This document shows, one piece after another, positions 25,136 through 40,228 of a DNA stretch of 64,000 nucleotides (within the stretch, counting starts at the first letter, position 1; each line of letters begins with the position of its first letter). The translations under genes and the position numbers were made by a program. The DNA is from Auanema rhodensis. Taxonomy: Eukaryota; Animalia; Nematoda. Location: NCBI GenBank assembly GCA_964057225.1, contig OZ059899.1, positions 18,414,001 through 18,478,000 on the forward strand. The letters run 5' to 3'. Below the pieces are notes generated by a model. That model had not been told where the DNA came from. It searched no databases and worked only from the letters and a program-made list of their open reading frames with translations.

Positions 25136-28100
25136 TTGAAAAAAGATGCATTAGTGTATGTTGAGTTTCCATGTACACTCAACATTGCTTCCAAAAACAT
25201 TTTGACAAAAATTTTTCCGAAAAATTTCAAAATAATTTTGCAAAAAGTAGATGTTTTTAGATTCCTTTTTTCAAGGCAAAGACGATGGACAAAGTTATTC
25301 AACGAAAAAATTAATTCTGCAGGGTGAAAATCGAGGATATAAGTGTGAACTTATATCAGTTGATATCTCGGTGCATTTTTAAGCTAGCGCAAATCTGATA
25401 ACACAGATCGACGCAGCTTAAAAATCCGCATCGAATGCACTATACAACATTGAGAAACGCTTAATACAAAAATTAGTTAAGATCGTTTGAAAAAAGATGC
25501 ATTAGTGTATGTTGAGTTTCCATGTACACTCAACATTGCTTCCAAAAACATTTTGACAAAAATTTTTCCAAAAAATTTCAAAATAATTTCGCAAAAAGTA
25601 AATGTTTTTAGATTCCTTTTTTCAAGGCAAAGACGATGGACAATGTTATTCAACGAAAAAATTAATTCTCCAGGGTGAAAATCGAGGATGTAAGTGTGAA
25701 CTTATATCAGTTGATATCTCGGTGCATTTTTAAGCTAGCGCAAATCTGATAACACAGATCGACGCAGCTTAAAAATCCGCATCGAATGCACTATACAACA
25801 TTGAGAAACGCTTAATACAAAAATTAGTTATGATCGTTTGAAAAATGATGCATTAGTGTATGTTGAGTTTCCATGTACACTCAACATTGCTTCCAAAAAC
25901 ATTTTTACAAAAATTTTTCCGGAAAATTTCGAAACAATTTCGCAAAAAGTAGATGTTTTTAGATTCCTTTTTTCAAGGCAAAGACGATGGACAATGTTAT
26001 TCAACGAAAAAATTAATTCTGCAGGGTGAAAATCGAGGATATAAGTGTGAACTTATATCAGTTGATATCTCGGTGCATTTTTAAGCTAGCGCAAATCTGA
26101 TAACACAGATCGACGCAGCTTAAAAATCCGCATCGAATGCACTATACAACATTGAAAAACGCTTAATACAAAAATTAGTTAAGATCGTTTGAAAAAAGAT
26201 GCATTAGTGTATGTTGAGTTTCCATGTACACTCAACATTGCTTCCAAAAACATTTTGACAAAAATTTTTCCAAAAAATTTCAAAATAATTTCGCAAAAAG
26301 TAAATGTTTTTAGATTCCGTTTTTCAAGGCAAAGACGATGGACAAAGTTATTCAACGAAAAAATTAATTCTGCAGGGTGAAAATCGAGGATATAAGTGTG
26401 AACTTATATCAGTTGATATCTCGGTGCATTTTTAAGGTAGCGCAAATCTGATAACACAGATCGACGCAGCTTAGAAATCCGCATCGAATGCACTATACTA
26501 CATTGAGAAACGCTTAATACAAAAATTAGTTATGATCGTTTGAAAAATGATGCATTAGTGTATGTTGAGTTTCCATGTACACTCAACATTGCTTCCAAAA
26601 ACATTTTGACAAAAATTTTTCCAAAAAATTTCAAAATAATTTCGCAAAAAGTAAATGTTTTTAGATTCCGTTTTTCAAGGCAAAGACGATGGACAAAGTT
26701 ATTCAACGAAAAAATTAATTCTGCAGGGTGAAAATCGAGGATATAAGTGTGAACTTATATCAGTTGATATCTCGGTGCATTTTTAAGCTAGCGCAAATCT
26801 GATAACACAGATCGACGCAGCTTAAAAATCCGCATCGAATGCACTATACAACATTGAGAAACGCTTAATACAAAAATTAGTTAAGATCGTTTGAAAAAAG
26901 ATGCATTAGTGTATGTTGAGTTTCCATGTACACTCAACATTGCTTCCAAAAACATTTTGACAAAAATTTTTCCAAAAAATTTCAAAATAATTTCGCAAAA
27001 AGTAAATGTTTTTAGATTCCGTTTTTCAAGGCAAAAACGATACACAATGTTATTCAACAAAAAAATTAATTCTGCAGAATGAAAATCGAGGATATAAGTG
27101 TGAACTTATATCAGTTGATATCTCGGTGCATTTTTAAGCTAGCGCAAATCTGATAACACAGATCGACGCAGCTTAAAAATCCGCATCGAATGCATTATAC
27201 AACAGTGAGAAACGCTTAATACAAAAATTAGTTATGATCGTTTGAAAAATGATGCATTAGTGTATGTTGAGTTTCCATGTACACTCAACATTGCTTCCAA
27301 AAACATTTTGACAAAAATTTTTCCGAAAAATTTCAAAATAATTTTGCGAAAAGTAGATGTTTTTAGATTCCTTTTTTCAAGGCAAAGACGATGGACAATG
27401 TTATTCAACGAAACAATTAATTCTCCAGGGTGAAAATCGAGGATGAAAGTGTGAACTTATATCAGTTGATATCTCGGTGCATTTTTAAGCTAGCGCAAAT
27501 CTGATAACACAGATCGACGCAGCTTAAAAATCCGCATCGAATGCACTATACAACATTGAGAAACGCTTAATACAAAAATTAGTTATGATCGTTTGAAAAA
27601 TGATGCATTAGTGTATGTTGAGTTTCCATGTACACTCAACATTGCTTCCAAAAACATTTTTACAAAAATTTTTCCGGAAAATTTCGAAACAATTTCGCAA
27701 AAAGTAGATGTTTTTAGATTCCTTTTTTCAAGGCAAAGACGATGGACAATGTTATTCAACGAAAAAATTAATTCTGCAGGGTGAAAATCGAGGATATAAG
27801 TGTGAACTTATATCAGTTGATATCTCGGTGCATTTTTAAGCTAGCGCAAATCTGATAACACAGATCGACGCAGCTTAAAAAGCCGCATCGAATGCACTAT
27901 ACAACATTGAGAAACGCTTAATACAAAAATTAGTTATGATCGTTTGAAAAATGATGCATTAGTGTATGTTGAGTTTCCATGTACACTCAACATTGCTTCC
28001 AAAAACATTTTTACAAAAATTTTTCCGAAAAATTTCGAAATAATTTCGCAGAAAGTAGATGTTTTTAGATTCCTTTTTTCAAGGCAAAGACGATGGACAT

Positions 28101-31100
28101 TGTTATTCAACGAAAAAATTAATTCTGCAGGGTGAAAATCGAGGATATAAGTGTGAACTTATATCAGTTGATATCTCGGTGCATTTTTAAGCTAGCGCAA
28201 ATCTGATAACACAGATCGACGCAGCTTAAAAATCCGCATCGAATGCACTATACAACATTGAGAAACGCTTAATACAAAAATTAGTTAAGATCGTTTGAAA
28301 AAAGATGCATTAGTGTATGTTGAGTTTCCATGTACACTCAACATTGCTTCCAAAAACATTTTGACAAAAATTTTTCCGAAAAATTTCAAAATAATTTTGC
28401 AAAAAGTAGATGTTTTTAGATTCCTTTTTTCAAGGCAAAGACGATGGACAAAGTTATTCAACGAAAAAATTAATTCTGCAGGGTGAAAATCGAGGATATA
28501 AGTGTGAACTTATATCAGTTGATATCTCGGTGCATTTTTAAGCTAGCGCAAATCTGATAACACAGATCGACGCAGCTTAAAAATCCGCATCGAATGCACT
28601 ATACAACATTGAGAAACGCTTAATACAAAAATTAGTTAAGATCGTTTGAAAAAAGATGCATTAGTGTATGTTGAGTTTCCATGTACACTCAACATTGCTT
28701 CCAAAAACATTTTGACAAAAATTTTTCCAAAAAATTTCAAAATAATTTCGCAAAAAGTAAATGTTTTTAGATTCCTTTTTTCAAGGCAAAGACGATGGAC
28801 AATGTTATTCAACGAAAAAATTAATTCTCCAGGGTGAAAATCGAGGATGTAAGTGTGAACTTATATCAGTTGATATCTCGGTGCATTTTTAAGCTAGCGC
28901 AAATCTGATAACACAGATCGACGCAGCTTAAAAATCCGCATCGAATGCACTATACAACATTGAGAAACGCTTAATACAAAAATTAGTTATGATCGTTTGA
29001 AAAATGATGCATTAGTGTATGTTGAGTTTCCATGTACACTCAACATTGCTTCCAAAAACATTTTTACAAAAATTTTTCCGGAAAATTTCGAAACAATTTC
29101 GCAAAAAGTAGATGTTTTTAGATTCCTTTTTTCAAGGCAAAGACGATGGACAATGTTATTCAACGAAAAAATTAATTCTGCAGGGTGAAAATCGAGGATA
29201 TAAGTGTGAACTTATATCAGTTGATATCTCGGTGCATTTTTAAGCTAGCGCAAATCTGATAACACAGATCGACGCAGCTTAAAAATCCGCATCGAATGCA
29301 CTATACAACATTGAAAAACGCTTAATACAAAAATTAGTTAAGATCGTTTGAAAAAAGATGCATTAGTGTATGTTGAGTTTCCATGTACACTCAACATTGC
29401 TTCCAAAAACATTTTGACAAAAATTTTTCCAAAAAATTTCAAAATAATTTCGCAAAAAGTAAATGTTTTTAGATTCCGTTTTTCAAGGCAAAGACGATGG
29501 ACAAAGTTATTCAACGAAAAAATTAATTCTGCAGGGTGAAAATCGAGGATATAAGTGTGAACTTATATCAGTTGATATCTCGGTGCATTTTTAAGGTAGC
29601 GCAAATCTGATAACACAGATCGACGCAGCTTAGAAATCCGCATCGAATGCACTATACTACATTGAGAAACGCTTAATACAAAAATTAGTTATGATCGTTT
29701 GAAAAATGATGCATTAGTGTATGTTGAGTTTCCATGTACACTCAACATTGCTTCCAAAAACATTTTGACAAAAATTTTTCCAAAAAATTTCAAAATAATT
29801 TCGCAAAAAGTAAATGTTTTTAGATTCCGTTTTTCAAGGCAAAGACGATGGACAAAGTTATTCAACGAAAAAATTAATTCTGCAGGGTGAAAATCGAGGA
29901 TATAAGTGTGAACTTATATCAGTTGATATCTCGGTGCATTTTTAAGCTAGCGCAAATCTGATAACACAGATCGACGCAGCTTAAAAATCCGCATCGAATG
30001 CACTATACAACATTGAGAAACGCTTAATACAAAAATTAGTTAAGATCGTTTGAAAAAAGATGCATTAGTGTATGTTGAGTTTCCATGTACACTCAACATT
30101 GCTTCCAAAAACATTTTGACAAAAATTTTTCCAAAAAATTTCAAAATAATTTCGCAAAAAGTAAATGTTTTTAGATTCCGTTTTTCAAGGCAAAAACGAT
30201 ACACAATGTTATTCAACAAAAAAATTAATTCTGCAGAATGAAAATCGAGGATATAAGTGTGAACTTATATCAGTTGATATCTCGGTGCATTTTTAAGCTA
30301 GCGCAAATCTGATAACACAGATCGACGCAGCTTAAAAATCCGCATCGAATGCATTATACAACAGTGAGAAACGCTTAATACAAAAATTAGTTATGATCGT
30401 TTGAAAAATGATGCATTAGTGTATGTTGAGTTTCCATGTACACTCAACATTGCTTCCAAAAACATTTTGACAAAAATTTTTCCGAAAAATTTCAAAATAA
30501 TTTTGCGAAAAGTAGATGTTTTTAGATTCCTTTTTTCAAGGCAAAGACGATGGACAATGTTATTCAACGAAACAATTAATTCTCCAGGGTGAAAATCGAG
30601 GATGAAAGTGTGAACTTATATCAGTTGATATCTCGGTGCATTTTTAAGCTAGCGCAAATCTGATAACACAGATCGACGCAGCTTAAAAATCCGCATCGAA
30701 TGCACTATACAACATTGAGAAACGCTTAATACAAAAATTAGTTATGATCGTTTGAAAAATGATGCATTAGTGTATGTTGAGTTTCCATGTACACTCAACA
30801 TTGCTTCCAAAAACATTTTTACAAAAATTTTTCCGGAAAATTTCGAAACAATTTCGCAAAAAGTAGATGTTTTTAGATTCCTTTTTTCAAGGCAAAGACG
30901 ATGGACAATGTTATTCAACGAAAAAATTAATTCTGCAGGGTGAAAATCGAGGATATAAGTGTGAACTTATATCAGTTGATATCTCGGTGCATTTTTAAGC
31001 TAGCGCAAATCTGATAACACAGATCGACGCAGCTTAAAAAGCCGCATCGAATGCACTATACAACATTGAGAAACGCTTAATACAAAAATTAGTTATGATC

Positions 31101-31453
31101 GTTTGAAAAATGATGCATTAGTGTATGTTGAGTTTCCATGTACACTCAACATTGCTTCCAAAAACATTTTTACAAAAATTTTTCCGAAAAATTTCGAAAT
31201 AATTTCGCAGAAAGTAGATGTTTTTAGATTCCTTTTTTCAAGGCAAAGACGATGGACATTGTTATTCAACGAAAAAATTAATTCTGCAGGGTGAAAATCG
31301 AGGATATAAGTGTGAACTTATATTAGTTGATATCTCGGTGCATTTTTAAACTAGCGCAAATCTGATAACACAGATCGACGCAGCTTAAAAATCCGCATCG
31401 AATGCACTATACTACATTGAGAAACGCTTAATACAAAAATTAGTTATGATCGT
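25136..31453. repeat. Higher-order repeat: 9-monomer unit (3159 bp) x2
   Basis: Nine consecutive monomer types from 25136 recur in order from 28295. Private markers ttgcGaa, gaaaCaatt and ggatgAaag appear only in the monomers at 27242 and 30401. Confidence 0.93.
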
Positions 31454-32155
31454 TTGAAAAATGATGCATTAGTGTATGTTGAGTTTCCATGTACACTCAA
31501 CATTGCTTCCAAAAACATTTTGACAAAAATTTTTTCGAAAAATTTCAGAATATTTTAGCAAAAAATAGTTGTTTTTAGATTCCTTTTTTCAAGGCAAAGA
31601 CGATAGACAATGTTATTCAACGAAAAAATTAATTATGCAGGGTGAAAATCGAGGATATAAGTGTGAACTTATATCAGTTGATATCTCGGTGCATTTTTAA
31701 GCTAGCGCAAATCTGATAACACAGATCGACGCAGCTTAAAAATCCGCATCGAATGCACTATACTACATTGAGAAACGCTTAATACAAAAATTAGTTATGA
31801 TCGTTTGAAAAATGATGCATTAGTGTATGTTGAGTTTCCATGTACACTCAACATTGCTTCCAAAAACATTTTTACAAAAATTTTTCCGAAAAATTTCGAA
31901 ACAATTTCGCAAAAAGTAGATGTTTTTAGATTCCTTTTTTCAAGGCAAAGACGATGGACATTGTTATTCAACGAAAAAATTAATTCTGCAGGGTGAAAAT
32001 CGAGGATATAAGTGTGAACTTATATCAGTTGATATCTCGTTGCATTTTTAAGGTAGCGCAAATCTGATAACACAGATCGACGCAGCTTAAAAAGCCGCAT
32101 CGAATGCACTATACAACATTGAGAAACGCTTAATACAAAAATTAGTTATGATCGT

Positions 32156-35100
32156 TTGAAAAATGATGCATTAGTGTATGTTGAGTTTCCATGTACACTC
32201 AACATTGCTTCCAAAAACATTTTTACAAAAATTTTTCCGAAAAATTTCGAAACAATTTCGCAAAAAGTAGATGTTTTTAGATTCCTTTTTTCAAGGCAAA
32301 GACGATGGACATTGTTATTCAACGAAAAAATTAATTCTGCAGGGTGAAAATCGAGGATATAAGTGTGAACTTATATCAGTTGATATCTCGTTGCATTTTT
32401 AAGGTAGCGCAAATCTGATAACACAGATCGACGCAGCTTAGAAATCCGCATCGAATGCACTATACTACATTGAGAAACGCTTAATACAAAAATTAGTTAT
32501 GATCGTTTGAAAAATGATGCATTAGTGTATGTTGAGTTTCCATGTACACTCAACATTGCTTCCAAAAACATTTTTACAAAAACTTTTCCGAAAAATTTCG
32601 AAATAATTTCGCAGAAAGTAGATGTTTTTAGATTCCTTTTTTCAAGGCAAAGACGATGGACATTGTTATTCAACGAAAAAATTAATTCTGCAGGGTGAAA
32701 ATCGAGGATATAAGTGTGAACTTATATTAGTTGATATCTCGGTGCATTTTTAAGCTAGCGCAAATCTGATAACACAGATCGACGCAGCTTAAAAATCCGC
32801 ATCGAATGCACTATACAACATTGAGAAACGCTTAATACAAAAATTAGTTATGATCGTTTGAAAAAAGATGCATTAGTGTATGTTGAGTTTCCATGTATAC
32901 TCAACATTGCTTCCAAAAACATTTTGACAAAAATTTTTTCGAAAAATTTCAGAATATTTTAGCAAAAAATAGTTGTTTTTAGATTCCTTTTCTCGAGGCA
33001 AAGACGATGGACAATGTTATTCAACGAAAAAATTAATTCTGCAGGGTGAAAATCGAGGATTTAAGTGTGAACTTATATCAGTTGATATCTCGGTGAATTT
33101 TTAAGCTAGCGCAAATCTGATAAAACAGATCGACGCAGCTTAAAAATCCGCATCGAATGCACTATACAACATTGAGAAACGCTTAATACAAAAATTAGTT
33201 ATGATCGTTTGAAAAAAGACGCATTAGTGTATGTTGAGTTTCCATGTACACTCAACATTGCTTCCAAAAACATTTTTACAAAAATTTTTCCGAAAAATTT
33301 CGAAACAATTTCGCAAAAAGTAGATGTTTTTAGATTCCTTTTTTCAAGGCAAAGACGATGGACATTGTTATTCAACGAAAAAATTAATTCTGCAAGGTGA
33401 AAATCGAGGATATAAGTGTGAACTTATATCAGTTGATATCTCGGTGCATTTTTAAGGTAGCGCAAATCTGATAACACAGATCGACGCAGCTTAAAAATCC
33501 GCATCGAATGCACTATACAACATTGAGAAACGCTTAATACGAAAATTAGTTATGATCGTTTGAAAAATGATGCATTAGTGTATGTTGAGTTTCCATGTAC
33601 ACTCAACATTGCTTTCAAAAACATTTTGACAAAAATTTTTCCGAAAAATTTCAAAATAATTTCCCAAAAAGTAGATGTTTTTAGATTCCTTTTTTCAAGG
33701 CAAAGACGATGGACAAAGTTATTCAACGAAAAAATTAATTCTGCAGGGTGAAAATCGAGGATATAAGTGTGAACTTATATCAGTTGATATCTCGGTGCAT
33801 TTTTAAGCTAGCGCAAATCTGATAACACAGATCGACGCAGCTTAAAAATCCGCATCGAATGCACTATACTACATTGAAAAACGCTTAATACAAAAATTAG
33901 TTATGATCGTTTGAAAAAAGATGCATTAGTGTATGTTGAGTTTCCATGTATACTCAACATTGCTTCCAAAAACATTTTGACAAAAATTTTTCCGAAAAAT
34001 TTCAAAATAATTTCGCAAAAAGTAGATGTTTTTAGATTTCTTTTTTCAAGGCAAAGACGATGGACAATTTTATTCAACGAAAAAATTAATTCTCCAGGGT
34101 GAAAATCGAGGATATAAGTGTGAACTTATATCAGTTGATATCTCGGTGCATTTTTAAGCTAGCGCAAATTTGATAACACAGATCGACGCAGCTTAAAAAT
34201 CCGCATCGAATGCACTATACTACATTGAGAAACGCTTAATACAAAAATTAGTTATGATCGTTTGAAAAATGATGCATTAGTGTATGTTGAGTTTCCATGT
34301 ACACTCAACATTGCTTCCAAAAACATTTTGACAAAAATTTTTTCGAAAAATTTCAGAATATTTTAGCAAAAAATAGTTGTTTTTAGATTCCTTTTCTCAA
34401 GGCAAAGACGATGGACAATGTTATTCAACGAAAAAATTAATTCTGCAGGGTGAAAATCGAGGATATAAGTGTAAACTTATATCAGTTGATATCTCGGTGC
34501 ATTTTTAAGCTAGCGCAAATCTGATAACACAGATCGACGCAGCTTAAAAAGCCGCATCGAATGCACTATACAACATTGAGAAACGCTTAATACAAAAATT
34601 AGTTATGATCGTTTGAAAAATGATGCATTAGTGTATGTTGAGTTTCCATGTACACTCAACATTGCTTCCAAAAACATTTTTACAAAAATTTTTCCGGAAA
34701 ATTTCGAAACAATTTCGCAAAAAGTAGATGTTTTTAGATTCCTTTTTTCAAGGCAAAGACGATGGACATTGTTATTCAACGAAAAAATTAATTCTGCAGG
34801 GTGAAAATCGAGGATATAAGTGTGAACTTATATCAGTTGATATCTCGGTGCATTTTTAAGCTAGCGCAAATCTGATAACACAGATCGACGCAGCTTAAAA
34901 AGCCGCATCGAATGCACTATACAACATTGAGAAACGCTTAATACAAAAATTAGTTATGATCGTTTGAAAAATGATGCATTAGTGTATGTTGAGTTTCCAT
35001 GTACACTCAACATTGCTTCCAAAAACATTTTTACAAAAATTTTTCCGAAAAATTTCGAAACAATTTCGCAAAAAGTAGATGTTTTTAGATTCCTTTTTTC

Positions 35101-37420
35101 AAGGCAAAGACGATGGACATTGTTATTCAACGAAAAAATTAATTCTGCAGGGTGAAAATCGAGGATATAAGTGTGAACTTATATCAGTTGATATCTCGTT
35201 GCATTTTTAAGGTAGCGCAAATCTGATAACACAGATCGACGCAGCTTAGAAATCCGCATCGAATGCACTATACTACATTGAGAAACGCTTAATACAAAAA
35301 TTAGTTATGATCGTTTGAAAAATGATGCATTAGTGTATGTTGAGTTTCCATGTACACTCAACATTGCTTCCAAAAACATTTTTACAAAAACTTTTCCGAA
35401 AAATTTCGAAATAATTTCGCAGAAAGTAGATGTTTTTAGATTCCTTTTTTCAAGGCAAAGACGATGGACATTGTTATTCAACGAAAAAATTAATTCTGCA
35501 GGGTGAAAATCGAGGATATAAGTGTGAACTTATATTAGTTGATATCTCGGTGCATTTTTAAGCTAGCGCAAATCTGATAACACAGATCGACGCAGCTTAA
35601 AAATCCGCATCGAATGCACTATACAACATTGAGAAACGCTTAATACAAAAATTAGTTATGATCGTTTGAAAAAAGACGCATTAGTGTATGTTGAGTTTCC
35701 ATGTACACTCAACATTGCTTCCAAAAACATTTTTACAAAAATTTTTCCGAAAAATTTCGAAACAATTTCGCAAAAAGTAGATGTTTTTAGATTCCTTTTT
35801 TCAAGGCAAAGACGATGGACATTGTTATTCAACGAAAAAATTAATTCTGCAAGGTGAAAATCGAGGATATAAGTGTGAACTTATATCAGTTGATATCTCG
35901 GTGCATTTTTAAGGTAGCGCAAATCTGATAACACAGATCGACGCAGCTTAAAAATCCGCATCGAATGCACTATACAACATTGAGAAACGCTTAATACGAA
36001 AATTAGTTATGATCGTTTGAAAAATGATGCATTAGTGTATGTTGAGTTTCCATGTACACTCAACATTGCTTTCAAAAACATTTTGACAAAAATTTTTCCG
36101 AAAAATTTCAAAATAATTTCCCAAAAAGTAGATGTTTTTAGATTCCTTTTTTCAAGGCAAAGACGATGGACAAAGTTATTCAACGAAAAAATTAATTCTG
36201 CAGGGTGAAAATCGAGGATATAAGTGTGAACTTATATCAGTTGATATCTCGGTGCATTTTTAAGCTAGCGCAAATCTGATAACACAGATCGACGCAGCTT
36301 AAAAATCCGCATCGAATGCACTATACTACATTGAAAAACGCTTAATACAAAAATTAGTTATGATCGTTTGAAAAAAGATGCATTAGTGTATGTTGAGTTT
36401 CCATGTATACTCAACATTGCTTCCAAAAACATTTTGACAAAAATTTTTCCGAAAAATTTCAAAATAATTTCGCAAAAAGTAGATGTTTTTAGATTTCTTT
36501 TTTCAAGGCAAAGACGATGGACAATTTTATTCAACGAAAAAATTAATTCTCCAGGGTGAAAATCGAGGATATAAGTGTGAACTTATATCAGTTGATATCT
36601 CGGTGCATTTTTAAGCTAGCGCAAATCTGATAACACAGATCGACGCAGCTTAAAAATCCGCATCGAATGCACTATACTACATTGAGAAACGCTTAATACA
36701 AAAATTAGTTATGATCGTTTGAAAAATGATGCATTAGTGTATGTTGAGTTTCCATGTACACTCAACATTGCTTCCAAAAACATTTTGACAAAAATTTTTT
36801 CGAAAAATTTCAGAATATTTTAGCAAAAAATAGTTGTTTTTAGATTCCTTTTCTCAAGGCAAAGACGATGGACAATGTTATTCAACGAAAAAATTAATTC
36901 TGCAGGGTGAAAATCGAGGATATAAGTGTAAACTTATATCAGTTGATATCTCGGTGCATTTTTAAGCTAGCGCAAATCTGATAACACAGATCGACGCAGC
37001 TTAAAAATCCGCATCGAATGCACTATACTACATTGAGAAACGCTTAATACAAAAATTAGTTATGATCGTTTGAAAAATGATGCATTAGTGTATGTTGAGT
37101 TTCCATGTACACTCAACATTGCTTCCAAAAACATTTTTACAAAAATTTTTCCGGAAAATTTCGAAACAATTTCGCAAAAAGTAGATGTTTTTAGATTTCT
37201 TTTTTCAAGGCAAAGACGATGGACAATGTTATTCAACGAAAAAATTAATTCTGCAGGGTGAAAATCGAGGATATAAGTGTGAACTTATATCAGTTGATAT
37301 CTCGGTGCATTTTTAAGCTAGCGCAAATCTGATAACACAGATCGACGCAGCTTAAAAAGCCGCATCGAATGCACTATACAACATTGAGAAACGCTTAATA
37401 CAAAAATTAGTTATGATCGT
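32156..37420. repeat. Higher-order repeat: 8-monomer unit followed by a 7-monomer copy lacking one whole monomer
   Basis: 32156,32507,[32858],33209,33560,33911,34262,34613 vs 34964,35315,-,35666,36017,36368,36719,37070 (markers ctcgTtgc, tgcaAggt, tacGaaa, tgtaTact, acaatTtt). Confidence 0.85.
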
Positions 37421-40228
37421 TTGAAAAATGATGCATTAGTGTATGTTGAGTTTCCATGTACACTCAACATTGCTTCCAAAAACATTTTTACAAAAATTTT
37501 TCCGAAAAATTTCGAAATAATTTCGCAGAAAGTAGATGTTTTTAGATTCCTTTTTTCAAGGCAAAGACGATGGACATTGTTATTCAACGAAAAAATTAAT
37601 TCTGCAGGGTGAAAATCGAGGATATAAGTGTGAACTTATATTAGTTGATATCTCGGTGCATTTTTAAGCTAGCGCAAATCTGATAACACAGATCGACGCA
37701 GCTTAAAAATCCGCATCGAATGCACTATACTACATTGAGAAACGCTTAATACAAAATTTAGTTATGATCGTTTGAAAAATGATGCATTAGTGTATGTTGA
37801 GTTTCCATGTACACTCAACATTGCTTCCAAAAACATTTTGACAAAAATTTTTTCGAAAAATTTCAAAATAATTTAGCAAAAAGTAGATGTTTTTAGATTC
37901 CTTTTTTCAAGGCAAAGACGATGAACAATGTTATTCAACGAAAAAATTAATTCTTCAGGGTGAAAATCGAGGATATAAGTGTGAACTTATATCAGTTGAT
38001 ATCTCGGTGAATTTTTAAGCTAGCGCAAATCTGATAAAACAGATCGACGCAGCTTAAAAATCCGCATCGAATGCACTATACAACATTGAGAAACGCTTAA
38101 TACAAAAATTAGTTATGATCGTTTGAAAAATGATGCATTAGTGTATGTTGAGTTTCCATGTACACTCAACATTGCTTCCAAAAACATTTTGACAAAAATT
38201 TTTTCGAAAAATTTCAGAATATTTTAGCAAAAAATAGTTGTTTTTAGATTCCTTTTTTCAAGGCAAAGACGATGGACAATGTTATTCAACGAAAAAATTA
38301 ATTATGCAGGGTGAAAATCGAGGATATAAGTGTGAACTTATATCAGTTGATATCTCGGTGCATTTTTAAGCTAGCGCAAATCTGATAACACAGATCGACG
38401 CAGCTTAAAAATCCGCATCGAATGCACTATACTACATTGAGAAACGCTTAATACAAAAATTAGTTATGATCGTTTGAAAAATGATGCCTTAGTGTATGTT
38501 GAGTTTCCATGTACACTCAACATTGCTTCCAAAAGCATTTTGACAAAAATTTTTTCGAAAAATTTCAAAATAATTTAGCAAAAAGTAAATGTTTTTAGAT
38601 TCCTTTTTTCAAGGCAAAGACGATGGACAATGTTATTCAACGAAAAAATTAATTCTTCAGGGTGAAAATCGAGGATATAAGTGTGAACTTATATCAGTTG
38701 ATATCTCGGTGCATTTTTAAGCTAGCGCAAATCTGATAACACAGATCGACGCAGCTTAAAAATCGGCATCGAATGCACTATACTACATTGAAAAACGCTT
38801 AATACAAAAATTAGTTATGATCGTTTGAAAAAAGATGCATTAGTGTATGTTGAGTTTCCATGTATACTCAACATTGCTTCCAAAAACATTTTGACAAAAA
38901 TTTTTCCGAAAAATTTCAAAATAATTTCGCAAAAAGTAGATGTTTTTAGATTTCTTTTTTCAAGGCAAAGACGATGGACAATTTTATTCAACGAAAAAAT
39001 TAATTCTCCAGGGTGAAAATCGAGGATATAAGTGTGAACTTATATCAGTTGATATCTCGGTGCATTTTTAAGCTAGCGCAAATCTGATAACACAGATCGA
39101 CGCAGCTTAAAAATCCGCATCGAATGCACTATACTACATTGAGAAACGCTTAATACAAAAATTAGTTATGATCGTTTGAAAAATGATGCATTAGTGTATG
39201 TTGAGTTTCCATGTACACTCAACATTGCTTCCAAAAACATTTTGACAAAAATTTTTTCGAAAAATTTCAGAATATTTTAGCAAAAAATAGTTGTTTTTAG
39301 ATTCCTTTTCTCAAGGCAAAGACGATGGACAATGTTATTCAACGAAAAAATTAATTCTGCAGGGTGAAAATCGAGGATATAAGTGTAAACTTATATCAGT
39401 TGATATCTCGGTGCATTTTTAAGCTAGCGCAAATCTGATAACACAGATCGACGCAGCTTAAAAATCCGCATCGAATGCACTATACTACATTGAGAAACGC
39501 TTAATACAAAAATTAGTTATGATCGTTTGAAAAATGATGCATTAGTGTATGTTGAGTTTCCATGTACACTCAACATTGCTTCCAAAAACATTTTTACAAA
39601 AATTTTTCCGGAAAATTTCGAAACAATTTCGCAAAAAGTAGATGTTTTTAGATTTCTTTTTTCAAGGCAAAGACGATGGACAATGTTATTCAACGAAAAA
39701 ATTAATTCTGCAGGGTGAAAATCGAGGATATAAGTGTGAACTTATATCAGTTGATATCTCGGTGCATTTTTAAGCTAGCGCAAATCTGATAACACAGATC
39801 GACGCAGCTTAAAAATCCGCATCGAATGCACTATACTACATTGAGAAACGCTTAATACAAAAATTAGTTATGATCGTTTGAAAAATGATGCATTAGTGTA
39901 TGTTGAGTTTCCATGTACACTCAACATTGCTTCCAAAAACATTTTGACAAAAATTTTTTCGAAAAATTTCAGAATATTTTAGCAAAAAATAGTTGTTTTT
40001 AGATTCCTTTTCTCAAGGCAAAGACGATGGACAATGTTATTCAACGAAAAAATTAATTCTGCAGGGTGAAAATCGAGGATATAAGTGTGAACTTATATCA
40101 GTTGATATCTCGGTGCATTTTTAAGCTAGCGCAAATCTGATAACACAGATCGACGCAGCTTAAAAATCCGCATCAAATGCACTATACTACATTGAGAAAC
40201 GCTTAATACAAAAATTAGTTATGATCGT

